From positions 4,783 to 68,782 of the forward strand of contig RPQH01000011.1 of NCBI GenBank assembly GCA_003820375.1: 64,000 nt of DNA. Reading direction: 5' to 3'. Numbering within the stretch: position 1 is the stretch's first letter; the number at the start of each line of letters is the position of its first letter. Source of the DNA: Ignavibacteriota bacterium. Its GTDB lineage: Bacteria; Bacteroidota; Ignavibacteria; Tepidaquicellales; OLB5. Shown here one piece after another: positions 1-9,576 of this stretch. The notes beneath the pieces were generated by a model that had not been told where the DNA came from, did no database searches, and saw only the letters and a program-made list of their open reading frames with translations. A program made the translations under genes and the position numbers.

Positions 1-62
1 TGCATTGGAGTGAACCGAAAATCCATAAAAGAGTAGGTATAATAAAAATCATTTCATAATAT

Positions 63-398
63 ATGTCAAAATTAGAAGTAACTGCAATTGTAGAAAATAC
101 TCAAACATCTTCCGGGAATACAAGCCCAACTTATTTGGTTGTAAGTGTTATAGACCCTAATGGTGCAGGTGTGATTGGTTTAAATGCCGCGAATTTCACA
201 CTATGTACTGAAATTGTTGGAAACGGGGGAGGGTATAGTCATATTAGCGCAATAAGTTCTGTTAACCCGGGTGTATATATACTGAGATTACTTCCTTTAA
301 AAGGGAAAACCTGGAAAGCAGGGGTTTATATTTATTCTATTGTTGTGCACCATGGAGTTCACAGAGGCCAGACACTTTGTAAATTTTCTGTTAATTAG
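63..398 (+). CDS. hypothetical small protein (111 aa)
   Basis: Only sizeable ORF in this stretch, with an ATG start. No motif I can assign. Confidence 0.35.
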   Translation: MSKLEVTAIVENTQTSSGNTSPTYLVVSVIDPNGAGVIGLNAANFTLCTEIVGNGGGYSHISAISSVNPGVYILRLLPLKGKTWKAGVYIYSIVVHHGVHRGQTLCKFSVN

Positions 399-479
399 AA
401 AATGTGATATATCAAAAATTATTGAAGCATTGCCTTTTTATTGAAGGAAATACTTTATAAGTATTACCTATAATAAGAA

Positions 480-1037
480 TCAACTTTCAAACTTTGATAA
501 TATTTCTTTTCCTTCGATAAGATATTTATAAAACATTTCTTCCAGAACAGGATGTACCCCTTTTAAACCTTTAACAACTTTCTCAGCCCAATCAAGATAC
601 TCTTTTCTTCTTTCTACTGACCAATGGGACGGCGGGGAGTGAACAACATCTTTTATATTGCAAATCTTATCGCTTAATTTTAACATTTTCGCCTTATCGG
701 ATTTCTTTGGTGCATCTTCAACCTGGAGCTGTTTCCTGATTTTCTTGGGAAGATTTTTATCATCTGTTACTTCCAGTACGAGACGTTTTACTTCAAGCCC
801 AAAATGCTGCTCAAGCTCATCAGGTGTCGTTTCGGTATCTTCAATAGTATCATGCAGCAATGCTGCCCGGATTAAATCTACATCTTCCTCTTTGCCGTAT
901 TCTACCAATAATGATGCAACCTGTATAGGGTGATTAATATACGGAGTGGCATCTTTTCCCTTACGTCTTTGATCTTTGTGCTTTTCGGCAGCAAATTCAA
1001 GAGCTTTTAATATTTTTAAAATCCCATTTCTTTTCAT
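480..1037 (-). CDS. HD-domain (p)ppGpp pyrophosphohydrolase-like protein (RelA/SpoT hydrolase-only, Mesh1/SAH-like)
   Basis: 185-aa ORF with HD hydrolase motifs (YINHPIQVA, ALLHDTIEDT) typical of the RelA/SpoT hydrolase domain. No synthetase domain is present. Confidence 0.8.
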   Translation of the reverse strand: MKRNGILKILKALEFAAEKHKDQRRKGKDATPYINHPIQVASLLVEYGKEEDVDLIRAALLHDTIEDTETTPDELEQHFGLEVKRLVLEVTDDKNLPKKIRKQLQVEDAPKKSDKAKMLKLSDKICNIKDVVHSPPSHWSVERRKEYLDWAEKVVKGLKGVHPVLEEMFYKYLIEGKEILSKFES

Positions 1038-1482
1038 ATTCTAATTTTATATATATTTATCGTATAAACAATAGAAATGTTCCTCTCTTATATTTAAAAG
1101 CGGAATGAATAATTTTCACCAAATTCGAATACCTTAAAAGCGGTATAGCATTAAAAAACATATAGTTATATTTTTAAATGGTTCAGAAAGCAAAAGGGGA
1201 GATTTAGCAGATTATGAGTTAACAGGTCATATTTTGCTGAATTTTTAAGAGAACTATATTTAATAGGTGATAATATATCTTCCGGTAAAAGAAGCTAAAC
1301 ATTCTTCCATTCTGCAGGCTTCTTTTTAAATACCATTTCAGTTTTAAACATCTATTAAAAATTGGATTTGTTTCATATCCGGCAGTTTATTTGAACTGCT
1401 TTATAAGGATTATTATTTACAGGTTTTAAATGACACGTACGATGCGTTATGATGAATTACTTTAATTAGTAAAACCTCCTTC

Positions 1483-1524
1483 AAAAAAAAACAGGGCAGC
1501 TTTAACCACTGCCCTTATTTTTTT
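1483..1524. terminator. bidirectional intrinsic-terminator-like hairpin in an 830-bp ORF-free gap
   Basis: A9 run, stem AGGGCAG (1493-1499) / CTGCCCT (1509-1515), then TATTTTTTT. It reads as hairpin plus U-tract on both strands. Confidence 0.6.
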
Positions 1525-1867
1525 CAGCTGATTCTGATTTTTTTAATCTATGGGAACGATATGAAAATTCAGGAGGTTATTGAATTATAATGTGTTGCTA
1601 TTAATAGATTTAATTGTTATTTTGGTCACAGATTGAAAGCAAAAAATAGTTAAAGAGCGGCTTTCGGTTTATTATCGCGAAAATCTAACTTGGAGTAATA
1701 TTCTTTCGATTTTTCTTCGATTTTAACCACATGGATTCTTAAATTTTTCTATTAATTCATTAAACTCAATTTAACGTTTTATTCCTTTAATCGATTTTTC
1801 AAACTAAATGTACACCTATTTATGGGTACACAACTAATAGCCCGCTTAAAAGGGCAGGAGAATTAAT

Positions 1868-2164
1868 ATGAACATCTATGTAGGAAACATCTCAAGAGAC
1901 GCATCAGAATCTGAAATTCGTAAAGAATTTGAACAGTATGGCGAAGTAACAAGCATTAATCTTATCAAAGATAAGTTTACAAATATGCTTAAAGGATTTG
2001 GTTTTGTTGAAATGCCGAAGAAAAATGAAGCTGAAGAAGCTATAAAGAATCTTGATGGAACTATGGTAAACGGAAGACCGCTTACAGTTAACCCTGCTAA
2101 GCCAAAGACCGTTTCAAATAATCATAACAGTGGAAATTCAAGAAGATATAACTCACGTTATTAA
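1868..2164 (+). CDS. RRM-type RNA-binding protein
   Basis: 98 aa with RNP-2 (IYVGNI) and RNP-1 (KGFGFVEM) motifs. AGGAG lies 7 nt upstream of the ATG. Confidence 0.9.
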   Translation: MNIYVGNISRDASESEIRKEFEQYGEVTSINLIKDKFTNMLKGFGFVEMPKKNEAEEAIKNLDGTMVNGRPLTVNPAKPKTVSNNHNSGNSRRYNSRY

Positions 2165-2185
2165 AAAGTAATTCGGTAAATAAAA

Positions 2186-2218
2186 AACCGGGGTATTATC
2201 AATACTCCGGTTTTTTTT
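2186..2218 (+). terminator. intrinsic terminator after the RRM gene
   Basis: AACCGGGGTATT..AATACTCCGGTT hairpin followed by T8. Confidence 0.8.
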
Positions 2219-2221
2219 ATT

Positions 2222-2260
2222 CTCCAAACTTTCCAAACTTTCCAAACTCTCTGAACTCTC
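2222..2260 (-). repeat. 9-nt tandem array (GAGAGTTYR family, read on the minus strand) starting at the stop codon of the desaturase gene
   Basis: The + strand reads CTCCAAACTTTCCAAACTTTCCAAACTCTCTGAACTCTC. In mRNA sense this is TAG-AGAGTTCAGAGAGTTTGGAAAGTTTGG. Confidence 0.85.
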
Positions 2261-3141
2261 TACGCTGTTTGCATTTTTCTTCTTTCCTGCTCTATGCGCA
2301 GCAGTCTCATTGAATCTGTCTTAAACTTATTGTTGAATAATCCGAGGAAATAATTTCTGAATATATACCACCAAAAGCTTCTCTCTTTTAATGAATCATC
2401 TATTAAATGTTCAATCTTTTTATGTTCTTCAGGTAAAACGCTCCAGTGGAGTCCTGCTACTTCGTGATGAATTGTATGATACCCATTATTGAAAAGCATA
2501 TAATTGAGTAAACCTGTAAAATTTCTTGAATGGTTATACTCTGATTCTTCGTTTGCATGTACATGCTGTACATAATTAAATATCAGCACACTAAAAAGTG
2601 AGAACTGCTGTGGAATCACAACAAAAAGAATAGCTTTCTGCCAGTCCATAAAAAATGCTGCAGCAATCCATCCTGCAAGAATTACATACTGTGAAATACA
2701 CAGGTAAAAACGCGTCCTGTTATTTGTCCAAAGATGTTTAAGGAAATTCCTTATAGCTTTCTGCTGGTAATATCCGCTGATTGTCGGGTAAGTAAGGAGC
2801 GTTACAAGATTATTTTTCTCGCTGAAACGGTAAGTTATAGTATAATCACCGATACGGTTGTTCATTTTATGATGGTTCTTATTATGAGTTGGTATCCACG
2901 CAAATATTGGAAAGCCATAAAAAACTGTCAGCCACCAGTCGGTTAATTGATTCATTATCTTCGATTTCCAGATCGTAAGATGGTTATGATTATGTGTAAT
3001 CACAGCTACTGAAACTGATAAAAATAAATAAACTGTGTAAGAAACCGGATGCACACCAATAACAGTCCATTGCAACACCAGAAGTGCGGTTGTTATAACC
3101 ATGTAGATTATAGTTTTTATGTCGGCTTTGTATCTGAGCAT
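2260..3141 (-). CDS. membrane fatty-acid desaturase family protein
   Basis: 293 aa, multi-pass. His boxes HNHNH, HNKNHH and HTIHH are diagnostic of the di-iron membrane desaturase/hydroxylase superfamily. Confidence 0.8.
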   Translation of the reverse strand: MLRYKADIKTIIYMVITTALLVLQWTVIGVHPVSYTVYLFLSVSVAVITHNHNHLTIWKSKIMNQLTDWWLTVFYGFPIFAWIPTHNKNHHKMNNRIGDYTITYRFSEKNNLVTLLTYPTISGYYQQKAIRNFLKHLWTNNRTRFYLCISQYVILAGWIAAAFFMDWQKAILFVVIPQQFSLFSVLIFNYVQHVHANEESEYNHSRNFTGLLNYMLFNNGYHTIHHEVAGLHWSVLPEEHKKIEHLIDDSLKERSFWWYIFRNYFLGLFNNKFKTDSMRLLRIEQERRKMQTA

Positions 3142-3400
3142 AAAATTGATAATTAAAGTTAAAGAAATATCAGCTATTTAAAAGTTATTATGTTAATAAA
3201 TAACAAAGGGATTATAAAAAAGCACTATAGAAGGTAAATAATTGTTTTTTTACCCCTAAAGTGCAGTTATATAACCTTTTATTATATAACAGAATAAATT
3301 TATATAAATTCCGTTTTGTCAGTAATAATACTGAATAAATAAAAATACTTGTTATGAAAACAGTTAAATCAGGAAATAAGTTTTTATGAAAAGTATAAGG

Positions 3401-4888
3401 TCATTTCTTCTTGAGTTCTTTTATCTTCTCATCAGTCCATCCGATGAAATCGAAAAAGAAGAAAGCGTTCTTTTCGAACGGGTCGTCCTTTATTTCTGTC
3501 ATTCCTTTTTTAAGGAAAATAAAATGCTCGGCAAGCTCTTCATCATTTTTAATTCTTGGAAGTTTTCTTATAAAATTTAATATCAATGATTCAAGCTTAT
3601 AGAGCTGTGACCGTTTGTATAAATAGCGGTAAGTTGATTTTATCAGGTACTCTAGCAGCATATAATTCTTAAGTTCATAATGAACTATTAGATTCAATAT
3701 CTTCGAATACCATTCAACATCCTGACGTACAGAAACTAAAGGATGGTTAAGCAGCTTGTTGGTATATTTTAATGCAGATTCAAAACATTTGGAGTGTATA
3801 TACGCCTTAATAATGACACTATAAATTAATATCTCAAAATTCCTGTCAATTTTACCTTCATACTTCAAAAAACCTTTTTCAATATTTTCCACTTCACCAT
3901 CCAGCTTATCCCATTCCTTGTTTTTAATAATAAGTACAATATTCAAATAAGTACGAATAAGAAACAAAGTAACATGTTCAGATACCGTATCTTTAGAGTA
4001 TTTGCCCAGCATTTTATAATATTTATCAACCATTTCCATTTTATCAAAACGTATGCTTAACAACAGCAGATACATTAACACATCATGCCAGAAGTTAAAG
4101 GAGTGGTCTTCAAACGGATGTATATTTTGCTGTATTATCTCAAATCTTTTTTCGGCAAAGAAATGCATTTTTTCAAAATCACCGTAAAAATCCGCAATTA
4201 ATTGATGAATAAAATAATATTGCTCCTTTGCTCTGGCTGATATAGCCATTTCTTCTGATTTTATTAGCGGATGGTCTTTAAGATTTTCAAGAAACCTGTT
4301 CAAACCGATATCACGTGAACGGCCTTTAACTCTATATATACCTGTTAGCCGTTCAACCATCATATTATATTTAGCCAGGTTCTTTATTTTATTGATAATA
4401 AAAATTTCCTGCCTGTAAAGTAAAGAAGAATCTTTTTCCGGAAATATCTTTTTAATAATTATTACTTTCTCAAGCTCTATCATTTGCAGGTACAAATTAA
4501 ATCTTTCATACTTTAAAGCTGTCTCTTTTCCTTTTTCAAGTATATTAAAATATTGTTTATATAAAGCTTTATTATATAATAATTTCGCCCTGTTTATTAT
4601 TTCGTTTAATTTGCCGTCAATCTGTCCTTCCTTGCTGTAATGTATCAGGCTTTTGAACACCAGCTTATAAAGATAATTCTTTGTAAATGTGAGCTGTTTA
4701 ATAAATTTCTCATTTTTAAACTTTTCCTTAATTAAAGATTCATTATAAACCTTTTGCTTTTCAATTACATCAAATAGTTTAACATAGTTCTTACTGCCCT
4801 TCTGCATTGATGCAAAAAGCTTAAAATACCTTTTTTCACTTTTTGTCAATGACTTAATAAGGTCGAACAGGTCATTGCTTGGTTTCAT
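3401..4888 (-). CDS. hypothetical protein (495 aa, Lys/Glu/Leu-rich composition)
   Basis: Long uninterrupted ORF. The + strand ORFs that overlap it are short. No catalytic motif recognised. Confidence 0.55.
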   Translation of the reverse strand: MKPSNDLFDLIKSLTKSEKRYFKLFASMQKGSKNYVKLFDVIEKQKVYNESLIKEKFKNEKFIKQLTFTKNYLYKLVFKSLIHYSKEGQIDGKLNEIINRAKLLYNKALYKQYFNILEKGKETALKYERFNLYLQMIELEKVIIIKKIFPEKDSSLLYRQEIFIINKIKNLAKYNMMVERLTGIYRVKGRSRDIGLNRFLENLKDHPLIKSEEMAISARAKEQYYFIHQLIADFYGDFEKMHFFAEKRFEIIQQNIHPFEDHSFNFWHDVLMYLLLLSIRFDKMEMVDKYYKMLGKYSKDTVSEHVTLFLIRTYLNIVLIIKNKEWDKLDGEVENIEKGFLKYEGKIDRNFEILIYSVIIKAYIHSKCFESALKYTNKLLNHPLVSVRQDVEWYSKILNLIVHYELKNYMLLEYLIKSTYRYLYKRSQLYKLESLILNFIRKLPRIKNDEELAEHFIFLKKGMTEIKDDPFEKNAFFFFDFIGWTDEKIKELKKK

Positions 4889-5079
4889 AGAATGCTATGG
4901 ATATATGTAAATTTTCCGTTATTTATGAAAAAATTTATGTGAATATAATGTAAAATTATAATAAAATCGAGTAATTGCATTTAAAAACGATAATCAGGAT
5001 TCAATGAATTCCCTTAAATAGTATTTGGCAAATGAGATTTGGTGTATTATTTTCACAAAAATAAAAAATCATAACGCCT

Positions 5080-7152
5080 ATGGAAATTATAAAATCTAAA
5101 GAAAACTTCTTTATTCTTATCACAACACTTATGGTATATTCATTTCTTTCATCCGGATATTTCATACATAACCCGGATGGCAGCGATTCAGGACTTAGGA
5201 ACCTGATAAATAAGGAAAACCTTGATACTACAATAAGCCCTAATGACAACTTCTACCGCTATGCAAACGGTAATTGGCTGAAGAATAATCCTATACCTCC
5301 GGAGTTTAACAGGTGGGGAAGCTTCCAGATGCTGTATGACCAGAACAGCAGGGTATTGAAGGAGATACTTGAAGAAGCGGCAAATTCAAATGCTCCTAAA
5401 GGAAGCAACATGCAGAAAATAGGTGACCTCTATTATACTGCTATGGATACAAATGCAATAGATGCATTAGGTACAAAACCAATTGAAGACATTTTGGAAA
5501 AAATAAATTCAATAAAATCCAAAGAAGACCTTGTTAAAGTAATTGCATATTATCACACTTTAAGGATACAAAATTTATTTGGAATGTATGCCGGACAGGA
5601 TGATAAGAACAGCTCTATAGTTATTGCACAGTTCTATCAGAGCGGAATCGGATTGCCGGAACGGGATTATTATTTGAAAGAAGATGATAAATCGGCAGAG
5701 CTGAGAAATAAATATGTTGATTACATAAAACAAATGTTTACTCTGATTAACGATGGCTCAGCCGATGCGAACAGCAAAACAGTTATGGATATAGAGACAC
5801 GCCTGGCAAAAGCACACATGACAAATATAGAACAGCGTAATCCCGATGCAGTTTATAATAAAATGACTCTTGATGAGCTTGTAAAGCTGACTCCGGATTT
5901 TGACTGGAGATTATTTTTCAAAGAAACAGGTATAGATGAAGCTAAGCTTGTTGACGGTATCAATATTGCACAGCCAAAATATATGCAGGAGATTGATGCC
6001 ATGTTAAATGAAGTGAGCTTGAATGACTGGAAAGTCTATTTACGCTGGTGCTTATTAAATGATGCCGCCGGTTTGCTGGGGTCAAAGTTTGAAGATGCAA
6101 ACTATGATTTTTACGGTAAAACATTAAGCGGCTCCAGGCAAAAACAGCCGAGATGGCGTACAGTATTAAATTATGTAAACGGCTCGCTTGGTGAAGCATT
6201 AGGACAGCTGTTTGTTGAGAAAATGTTCAGCCCTGAAGCAAAGGAAAGAGCAATTGAGATGGTACGTAACATTCTTGCTGCTATGCGTGACAGAATAACC
6301 AACCTTGCATGGATGAGTGAACAAACCAAACAAATGGCATTGAAAAAGCTTGATGGTTTTGGTGTTAAGATTGGATACCCCGATAAATGGAGAGATTACA
6401 CAGAGCTTGAAATAAACAGAAGCTCATTATATGAGAACATGATAAGAGCAGCACAATTTGGATTCAAGCGGATGATTAACAAGCTGGGTAAAGCCCCTGA
6501 CCTGCAGGAGTGGGGAATGCTTCCTCATTATGTAAATGCTTATTACAGTGCATCAAAAAATGAAATAGTATTTCCTGCCGGTATATTGCAGCCTCCTTTC
6601 TTCGACCCTGAAGCGGATGATGCTGTAAATTACGGCGGTGTCGGCGGAATTATAGGTCATGAGATTACTCACGGCTTTGATGATGGCGGTGCTAAATATG
6701 ACGTTGAAGGCAATTTAAAGAATTGGTGGTCTAAAGAAGATGAAGAAAAATTTAATGCTTTGACCGGTAAGCTTGTTTTGCAGGCAGGTAATTTTGCACC
6801 AATAGATACATTTAAAGCTAACGGAAAATTAACACTCGGTGAAAATATTGCTGACCTTGGTGGTGTGACAATTGCATATTATGCTTTAATGAAAGCGATT
6901 GACGGTAAAAATGTAAAACCGATAGACGGTTTCACTCCTCAGCAGAGATTCTTTTTATCATGGGCACAGATATGGAGAATTAATATGACTCCTGAAATAA
7001 CCAAGCTCTTCCTGAATACTGATGTACATGGTCCCAATGAGTTTCGAGTTAACGGTCCTCTTTCCAATATGCCGGATTTTCAACAGGCATTTAAAGGGAA
7101 AGAAGGAGATCCCATGGTCAGAAACAATGAAAGCCGGATAGTAATCTGGTAA
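5080..7152 (+). CDS. pepO: M13 family zinc metallopeptidase (PepO / endothelin-converting-enzyme-like)
   Basis: 690 aa with HEITHGFD (HExxH), downstream GENIADLGG (ExxxD), NAYY and the C-terminal ..RIVIW tail typical of neprilysin-family enzymes. Hydrophobic N-terminus. Confidence 0.9.
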   Translation: MEIIKSKENFFILITTLMVYSFLSSGYFIHNPDGSDSGLRNLINKENLDTTISPNDNFYRYANGNWLKNNPIPPEFNRWGSFQMLYDQNSRVLKEILEEAANSNAPKGSNMQKIGDLYYTAMDTNAIDALGTKPIEDILEKINSIKSKEDLVKVIAYYHTLRIQNLFGMYAGQDDKNSSIVIAQFYQSGIGLPERDYYLKEDDKSAELRNKYVDYIKQMFTLINDGSADANSKTVMDIETRLAKAHMTNIEQRNPDAVYNKMTLDELVKLTPDFDWRLFFKETGIDEAKLVDGINIAQPKYMQEIDAMLNEVSLNDWKVYLRWCLLNDAAGLLGSKFEDANYDFYGKTLSGSRQKQPRWRTVLNYVNGSLGEALGQLFVEKMFSPEAKERAIEMVRNILAAMRDRITNLAWMSEQTKQMALKKLDGFGVKIGYPDKWRDYTELEINRSSLYENMIRAAQFGFKRMINKLGKAPDLQEWGMLPHYVNAYYSASKNEIVFPAGILQPPFFDPEADDAVNYGGVGGIIGHEITHGFDDGGAKYDVEGNLKNWWSKEDEEKFNALTGKLVLQAGNFAPIDTFKANGKLTLGENIADLGGVTIAYYALMKAIDGKNVKPIDGFTPQQRFFLSWAQIWRINMTPEITKLFLNTDVHGPNEFRVNGPLSNMPDFQQAFKGKEGDPMVRNNESRIVIW

Positions 7153-7314
7153 CAATTGAAAGATTGATGTTCTTCCATTTATAAGCGAAACGGTTTTCTC
7201 ATCATATAGTAAACTGTGGTCTGTCTGTGTTCCTCCGATACCATAGGCAAGAATCGAAAAGACAGGCAGACCTTCGCTTATTTAATCATTCGAAATTTAA
7301 AACATATAAAAAAT

Positions 7315-9354
7315 ATGAAAAAAATAATTCTAATATTAAATTTCATTCTTTTGTTTGGCATTTCTTTTAATTACAGCCAGACCAGCTATGACGAAACTGC
7401 TGCACCATCGGTAGATGGAAAGATTAATGACGCCGAATGGCGTGGTGCAAAGATATTTAATGATTTCCGTATTACTATACCTAAATCAGATGAAAAGGCA
7501 TATGACAGCACTATTATATATCTGAAACAGACATCTGATGCTTTATATCTGGCATATAAATTCTGGCCAAAGGGAAAGGTTATTTCAAAATCTTTAGTAC
7601 GTGATAGAAGTACTGAAGAAGAAAATGAGTTCTTCATCCTGCTTGATATGGAGAACAAAGGGCAGAACGGTTACTTCTTTGCCTTCAGTTTTTTGAACAA
7701 TCAGCGTGATGCTATTATTTATAACCAGAGAAATATGTCCAATGAATGGGATTGGGTATGGGAAGCAAAGTCAACAATATACAGTGAAGCTAATGGTGAT
7801 AAGCCGGGCTATATTGAAAGCGAAATAAAGATTCCTGTTGAAAAGATGCAAAATAAAAACACTAAACAAATAGGAGTTGATTTCCAGTGTTTTGCATATA
7901 AAGCCGATGGTTCAGGTTATTGGTATTCTAATAATCCAAATATGGAACTGCTCAGCTTGAAAAATACATATAAAGTTGATATTAAGCCATTCAATGAAAA
8001 GCTAAACCTTGATGTAAGCTTAACACCGTTTTTAGTGGGTACAAAATTCAATGGTGTTGGATACAGGGGTGCTTTTGGCGGTGACCTTAACATAAGTTAT
8101 GAAAAGCATAAATTAAAAGGAACAGTATTTACAGACCAGTCGACTCTTGAAGCAGACCCGTTCAGGTTTTCGTTTTACAACAGGCCAATCTTCCTGCAGG
8201 AAAAAAGACCGTTCTTCAGCAAAGACCTGGATATATACAGAACTCCAATCAATGTTTTTTATACAAGGGCAATTGACAGTATTGATTACGGAGCTAACTA
8301 TACTTACCGCAGTGATAAGTTTAAGGCAGGTGTAACTTTTGTAAATGAACCAAAGTTTGACAGGAATGATGAAGCAGACCATACCAAATCGAAAACGTAT
8401 TTTATTGCAAGGCCTAACTTTAACTTTCCCGGGTTTAATGCAGGTGCTTTATTTCTTTACACAAAAAACCATATGACAAACGTTGAAGAAAAAGTAATAA
8501 GCATAGATGGAAAAATTACTTTGCCTTCGAGGTTTAGATTTATACCGCAGTACATAAGGAGTTACAGCAATAATGAGCCCGGTAATGCTTACAGGGCACA
8601 TCTGTATTATGAATTTGATAACTCCGGCGGGCCATATGCTGACTTAATATATACAAGGTTTGATAAAAATTTTAATGTATCAACCGCTTTTACTGATTAT
8701 GGTAATGATTATGATAATGTGTACGGCTCATTTGGCTACAGCTTTAAGCGTAATACAAAAACATTTTCCGATATAAATGTTTCAGGAAGCTATGGACGAA
8801 CCCGCCGTCTGAGCGATAACTTTATTTATTCGGAAGGGCCATATATCAGTGCTTACTACAAGATATTTGGCTGGCTGAGCTTATATCACGGCTTTGAATA
8901 TAACAGACCGAATGATTATGATGAGAATAAAAATCTCATAAGACATACAAATATATTATTTGATAATAATGTAAAAGTAATATTTGGTCCCAATGCTTTC
9001 TTCCTGGGATATTACGGCGGTGATTATTTCGGTACTGCTTTGAAAAATCCTTATGCAGAACTTGACCTTAGCTTAACTGAAAGATTAAGCTTAAACCTGA
9101 CACTAAATTACCTGGAACAGGGTGATGTTAAGCAAACAATTTACAGGGCAAAGCTGGATTATAAGGTAATGGATAGATTGTACCTGCGGTCTTTCTTCCA
9201 GAAGGATAATTACAGGAATCTTGCATTGTGGAATACTCTTATTCAATATGAATTCTTTGCCGGAAGCAATGCATACTTTGTAATAAACCTTGAAGGACCA
9301 AAGCTGCAGAATACGAGAAGGTTCTTTAAAATTGGGTATGAGTTTAATTTCTGA
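7315..9354 (+). CDS. secreted/outer-membrane protein with an N-terminal CBM9-like domain (DUF5916-like)
   Basis: I prefer the ATG at 7315 (MKKIILILNFILLFG signal peptide) over the track start at 7216. The VDGKINDAEW..DALYLAY pattern resembles CBM9-like domains. The C-terminal part is Tyr/Phe/Asn/Gly-rich with a terminal F (..GYEFNF), as in outer-membrane beta-barrels. Confidence 0.6.
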   Translation: MKKIILILNFILLFGISFNYSQTSYDETAAPSVDGKINDAEWRGAKIFNDFRITIPKSDEKAYDSTIIYLKQTSDALYLAYKFWPKGKVISKSLVRDRSTEEENEFFILLDMENKGQNGYFFAFSFLNNQRDAIIYNQRNMSNEWDWVWEAKSTIYSEANGDKPGYIESEIKIPVEKMQNKNTKQIGVDFQCFAYKADGSGYWYSNNPNMELLSLKNTYKVDIKPFNEKLNLDVSLTPFLVGTKFNGVGYRGAFGGDLNISYEKHKLKGTVFTDQSTLEADPFRFSFYNRPIFLQEKRPFFSKDLDIYRTPINVFYTRAIDSIDYGANYTYRSDKFKAGVTFVNEPKFDRNDEADHTKSKTYFIARPNFNFPGFNAGALFLYTKNHMTNVEEKVISIDGKITLPSRFRFIPQYIRSYSNNEPGNAYRAHLYYEFDNSGGPYADLIYTRFDKNFNVSTAFTDYGNDYDNVYGSFGYSFKRNTKTFSDINVSGSYGRTRRLSDNFIYSEGPYISAYYKIFGWLSLYHGFEYNRPNDYDENKNLIRHTNILFDNNVKVIFGPNAFFLGYYGGDYFGTALKNPYAELDLSLTERLSLNLTLNYLEQGDVKQTIYRAKLDYKVMDRLYLRSFFQKDNYRNLALWNTLIQYEFFAGSNAYFVINLEGPKLQNTRRFFKIGYEFNF

Positions 9355-9365
9355 TTATTTAACAT

Positions 9366-9517
9366 CTCACCCAACCCGTACGGATTTCGGATTTCGCCTG
9401 CCTGCCCGTTGCAGTCGGGCCTGCTGCAGGCAGGGATTTGCGATTTCGGATTTAAATTATCATCACTAATTCGCAATTGACAATTCACAAATCGAAATTA
9501 TAGAGGGTGGGGTGGGA
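9366..9517. repeat. nested inverted-repeat / heptamer-array structure in the intergenic region
   Basis: Outer inverted repeat CTCACCCAACCC (9366-9377) / GGGTGGGGTGGGA (9505-9517). Central hairpin CCTGCCTGC (9397-9405) / GCAGGCAGG (9426-9434). CGGATTT heptamers lie on both sides, and CAATTNA heptamers span 9468-9500. Confidence 0.8.
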
Positions 9518-9576
9518 AATTTGCATAAAATGTTTCCGGGATATGTGTCAGTATTAATCAATTTAATTCATTTTAT

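Noticed and set aside
1589-1603. 4-codon mini-ORF (MCCY) after an AGGAGG
   Set aside because: It is too short to support as a feature from sequence alone. I mention it only as context in the finding on the 1038-1867 gap.
5001-5249. 82-aa minus-strand ORF overlapping the start of the M13 peptidase, and 9243-9488 (-) spanning the 9366-9517 repeat structure
   Set aside because: They overlap better-supported features. They have no motifs and their composition is driven by the opposite strand or by repeats.
7216-7314. N-terminal extension of the CBM9-like protein (and similarly 55365-55454, 39334-39402, 14251-14262, 59609-59620)
   Set aside because: Internal ATGs give canonical signal peptides or conserved N-termini. 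The extensions begin at non-ATG codons or run through terminators or leader regions.
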